DNA of 64,000 nt from Octopus bimaculoides (taxonomy: Eukaryota): assembly GCF_001194135.2 (NCBI RefSeq), contig NC_068989.1, positions 75,278,064 through 75,342,063 of the forward strand, in the 5' to 3' direction. The stretch's first letter is position 1; each line of letters opens with the position of its first letter. The position numbers and the translations under genes were made by a program. Positions 60,339 through 64,000 of this stretch are shown piece after piece. The notes below the pieces were generated by a model. The model was not told where the DNA came from and ran no database searches. It was given only the letters and a program-made list of their open reading frames with translations.

Positions 60339-61124
60339 GCCATATATGATGAGCTTTCTGCAGTTTCTGTCTAGCAAGTTCCTTCATAAGGTATTGATTG
60401 GCATGGGGGCTATAGTAGAAGACAGTTTGCTCAAGGTGGGTTCATACTGGGCCACATGGTTAAGAAGTGCACTTCTTCACCATGCAGCCTTGCCTGTTCC
60501 TATACAGTTAACGGTGGCGGTGGTGGTGGTATGCATCATACTGTTTGAAGCTTTCAAGGCTAGTGATACAGCATATATTTGTTTTGTTTGTAATTTTGCT
60601 ATTGAGAGAGAGAGAGAGAGGTGGTGGTGGAAGAGAAAGGAAAATGGTAGAGAAGAGAAAGTTCACTGCAGCAGCAGCAGCAGCAGCGGTAGAAGTATTT
60701 TTTGTTTTTTTTTCCCTCTTCCTATATTTTTATTTATTTTTTTTTTTAGAACATTTTCAACCCTCTGCAGTCAGTAGAATCTGTGGTTTCACTTACATGA
60801 ATAAAAATAAAATATACTAATAAAACAAGATAAAACAATCAAAGTGATGAAATCTGATTAATGTTTCATTAACCTAGATTCAAATAGCTTTAATTAGCAC
60901 CTCACCTAACTACACATTCATTAACCACTCACCAAACTTCCCTGCTCAACAGACACTTTAAAATGTTTCTTCTAGAATATTCTGATCATTTTATTTGCTA
61001 AATAAATTATTTTATTATTTTTTTTCAATTAGTTTTACTTTTTTTCTTAAGTTATTTTTGTTTAGTATTACATCCACACTAACATAAATATAGATAAACT
61101 ACATTGAATTTACTTATATATAGG

Positions 61125-61740
61125 TGCAGGCATGGCTGTGTGGTAAGAAGTTCGCTTCTCAGCCACATGGTTCCGGGTTCAGTCCCACTGTATGACATCT
61201 TGGGCAAATGTCTTCTACTACAGCCTAGGGCCAACCAAAGCCTTGTGAGTAGATTTGGTGGTAGGCAGAAACTGAAAGAACCCCTTCGAATATATATATA
61301 TATGTGCGCTTTAATGGGGGATTTGGCTGCTATTTCTTAGCAACCCTATGATAAGAAGTTCACTTCATAACCGCATAGGTCCAGGTTCAGTCCCACTGTG
61401 TGGAATCTTGAGCAAGTGCCTGCTACTGTAGACTTGGGTTGACCAGAGCCTTGTGAGTGGATTTGGTTCACAGAAAATGAAAGAAGCCCATCGTGTGTGT
61501 GTGTGCGTGCACGCGTGCTTGTGTGTGTCTTTGTGCTTGTGTTTGTTTTCCACTACTACTTGACAACTGGTGTTAGTTTGTTTACATCCCTGTAACTTAG
61601 TGGTTTGGCAAAAAGTGACTGATAGAATAAGTAGTAGGCTTAAGGAAAAAAAAGTACTAGGGTTGATTTGTTTGACTAAGTCCTTGAAGGCGGTGCCCCA
61701 GCATGGCTACAGTCCACTGACTGAAACAAATAAAAGATAA
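61125..61740 (+). mobile_element. Family A 5' half followed by a full copy
   Basis: Homology to consensus. A further 3' half lies at 63445-63620 (-). Confidence 0.85.
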
Positions 61741-61974
61741 TTCTCTAGAGGTTCCCTTCAATATATCATGTACAGGCCCTTTTTTCACTGGTGCTAAGAG
61801 TTCACTTCCTGCAAGAGAGACCTAACATTGCTGTATCTATTTGTATGGTTGTTTCAGTTTTGTCTGGATGACAACAGAACATTTTTATTTTTCGCTTTTG
61901 CAAGCAGTATTTGAGTAATCAATATTTTGTAGCGATCGGGCAGTAGGTTGTAAAAATAAGCTAAATCCAGGTAC

Positions 61975-62106
61975 CGTCCGAGGAAGCTGGAGAAGTACCG
62001 GTTAGTGATGGCTGTGGTGGCAGTGGAGGCGGCAGCAGTGATGAAGTAGTGGTGAGATTCAGTATGGCTGGCAGTAGCAGGGGATTAGGAGAGAATGATG
62101 TCATTT
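61975..62106 (-). CDS. Candidate symmetric phase-1 exon, 132 nt, Pro/Ser/Thr-rich (MTSFSPNPLLLPAILNLTTTSSLLPPPLPPQPSLTGTSPASSD)
   Basis: Branch-like ctaac, acceptor ttcag|, donor G|GTACCT. GC-rich unique island, but the pyrimidine tract is weak. Confidence 0.25.
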
Positions 62107-62837
62107 CTGAATTTAGTTAGTGGATATGATTCACATGTTAAATTAAAATTTCTTCACGCTGCAATAGTTTGTATGATGTTCAATTAGGGACGAAATTCTT
62201 AAGGCAAAGCACATGACGATAAGCAATTGATTTTGATGGGAAGTGTTGTAATCTGACGATTTTCTCTTTCTTTCTTACTCTTTCTCTCCTTCTCATTCTT
62301 TCTTTTTTTCTCTCTCTCTCACTTTATCCCCCCCCACCCTCTGCTGTTGTTGGGTTGTCCCATTTAGCCTCAAAAAGACATGATTGATACACTTGTTTCT
62401 TGCTTTTAGTAACAAATTACACAGTTCAGCAGTGATGTTTTATATTTTCATTGTTTGTTAGTTTATGCTTGTGTTTTGTATGTATTTTTGTTGTGTATAC
62501 ACCCACACATGTACACACACACACATACACACATGTATATGGACACACATGCCTATACAAACACACGCACGCATGCAGACACGCACACACGTGCCAACAG
62601 TCTTGTGTGGGCATTTTGTACAGATAATAAATACAACAATGAAAATGGATGAAAATACCTTGTAATCTTATTCTTGAGAAATGAAGAAATTATTGGGAAA
62701 TTTTTATATGATGCAATGTGAGAAAATGAGTATGTGTATATATGTGAGTATATATCTGCATGTGAGTGTAAACTACATATGTATACACACACACACACTA
62801 GCATATATGTGCAGGCAAATACACACACACACACACA

Positions 62838-62889
<52 letters not shown>

Positions 62890-64000
62890 NNNNNNNNNNN
62901 NNNNNNNNNNNNNNNNNNNNNNNNNNNNNNNNNNNNNNNNNNNNNNNNNNNNNNNNNNNNNNNNNNNNNNNNNNNNNNNNNNNNNNNNNNNNNNNNNNNN
63001 NNNNNNNNNNNNNNNNNNNNNNNNNNNNNNNNNNNNNNNNNNNNNNNNNNNNNNNNNNNNNNNNNNNNNNNNNNNNNNNNNNNNNNNNNNNNNNNNNNNN
63101 NNNNNNNNNNNNNNNNNNNNNNNNNNNNNNNNNNNNNNNNNNNNNNNNNNNNNNNNNNNNNNNNNNNNNNNNNNNNNNNNNNNNNNNNNNNNNNNNNNNN
63201 NNNNNNNNNNNNNNNNNNNNNNNNNNNNNNNNNNNNNNNNNNNNNNNNNNNNNNNNNNNNNNNNNNNNNNNNNNNNNNNNNNNNNNNNNNNNNNNNNNNN
63301 NNNNNNNNNNNNNNNNNNNNNNNNNNNNNNNNNNNNNNNNNNNNNNNNNNNNNNNNNNNNNNNNNNNNNNNNNNNNNNNNNNNNNNNNNNNNNNNNNNNN
63401 NNNNNNNNNNNNNNNNNNNNNNNNNNNNNNNNNNNNNNNNNNNGTTTCAGTCAATTGACTGCGGCCATGCTGGAGCACTGCCTTTACTCGAACAATTTGA
63501 TCCCAGGACATATTCTTTGTAAGCCTTGTACTTATTCTATTGGTCTCTTGTACAGGGATGTGAACACACCAACATCAGTTGTCAAACGATAGTGGGGGGG
63601 GGACAAACACAGACACACAAATATATATATGTATGTATATATATGTATGTGTATATATATATATATATATAGATATAGATAAGATAGATAGATAGATAGA
63701 TAGATATACATGTATGTATATACAACTGGGACTGTTTTATTTTGAGATTTACATGCTTAAAATGTTGCTATCATTATCATCAATAATATTAAATATGCTA
63801 ACTTTTTGTTTTTGTACGTACCTGTTGTGTGCGTCACACTTGCTTCAAATAGTGACAAAACAAGAGAGAGGAGGACAGAGAGGACGTAAGAGAGTGAGAA
63901 AGAGAGAAAAAGAGACAGTGAAAGAGACAGTGAATGGTGACGGCATTCCTTTTGCGTTTTTAAATGTTTATCACATCGCAACAGAAGTAGATACATAGAT

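Noticed and set aside
3893-63592. Long ORFs in the track containing runs of X
   Set aside because: They are open only because N-gaps lack stop codons.

Overview
Eukaryotic, AT-rich, repeat-dominated genomic DNA with 18 N-gaps totalling about 6.8 kb. The repeat families look like those of a coleoid cephalopod, most likely Octopus; this is from recall of the families, not a database search. No prokaryotic features, rRNA, intact tRNA or CRISPR array are present, and almost every ORF in the supplied track is a microsatellite, gap or SINE artefact. The window holds dozens of tRNA-headed SINEs in several modular families (labelled A-G here) and abundant microsatellites. It also holds decayed transposons: a Tx1/L1-like LINE, an R4/Dong-like 3' end, a Penelope-like RT, a bipartite RTE, Helitron, Harbinger, piggyBac and Tc1/mariner/maT remnants, plus hAT, TA and TTAA MITEs. 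The best host-gene evidence is a CpG-richer promoter and first coding exon at about 25.55-25.70 kb (+ strand, MAGLADVRVEESLRIKI, unidentified); several weaker candidate exons lie on both strands. Most interesting observations: (1) a minimal type I hammerhead-ribozyme motif at 24661-24709, downstream of a Penelope-like RT; (2) the internal microsatellite of SINE family A being hit repeatedly by other retroelements; (3) a near-identical inverted copy of about 130-150 bp lying 1.5 kb from its apparent template; (4) a three-level nested insertion with readable TSDs. I found no convincing wholly new biological system. Repeat coordinates are approximate (about +/-10-20 bp) unless TSDs or TIRs are quoted.
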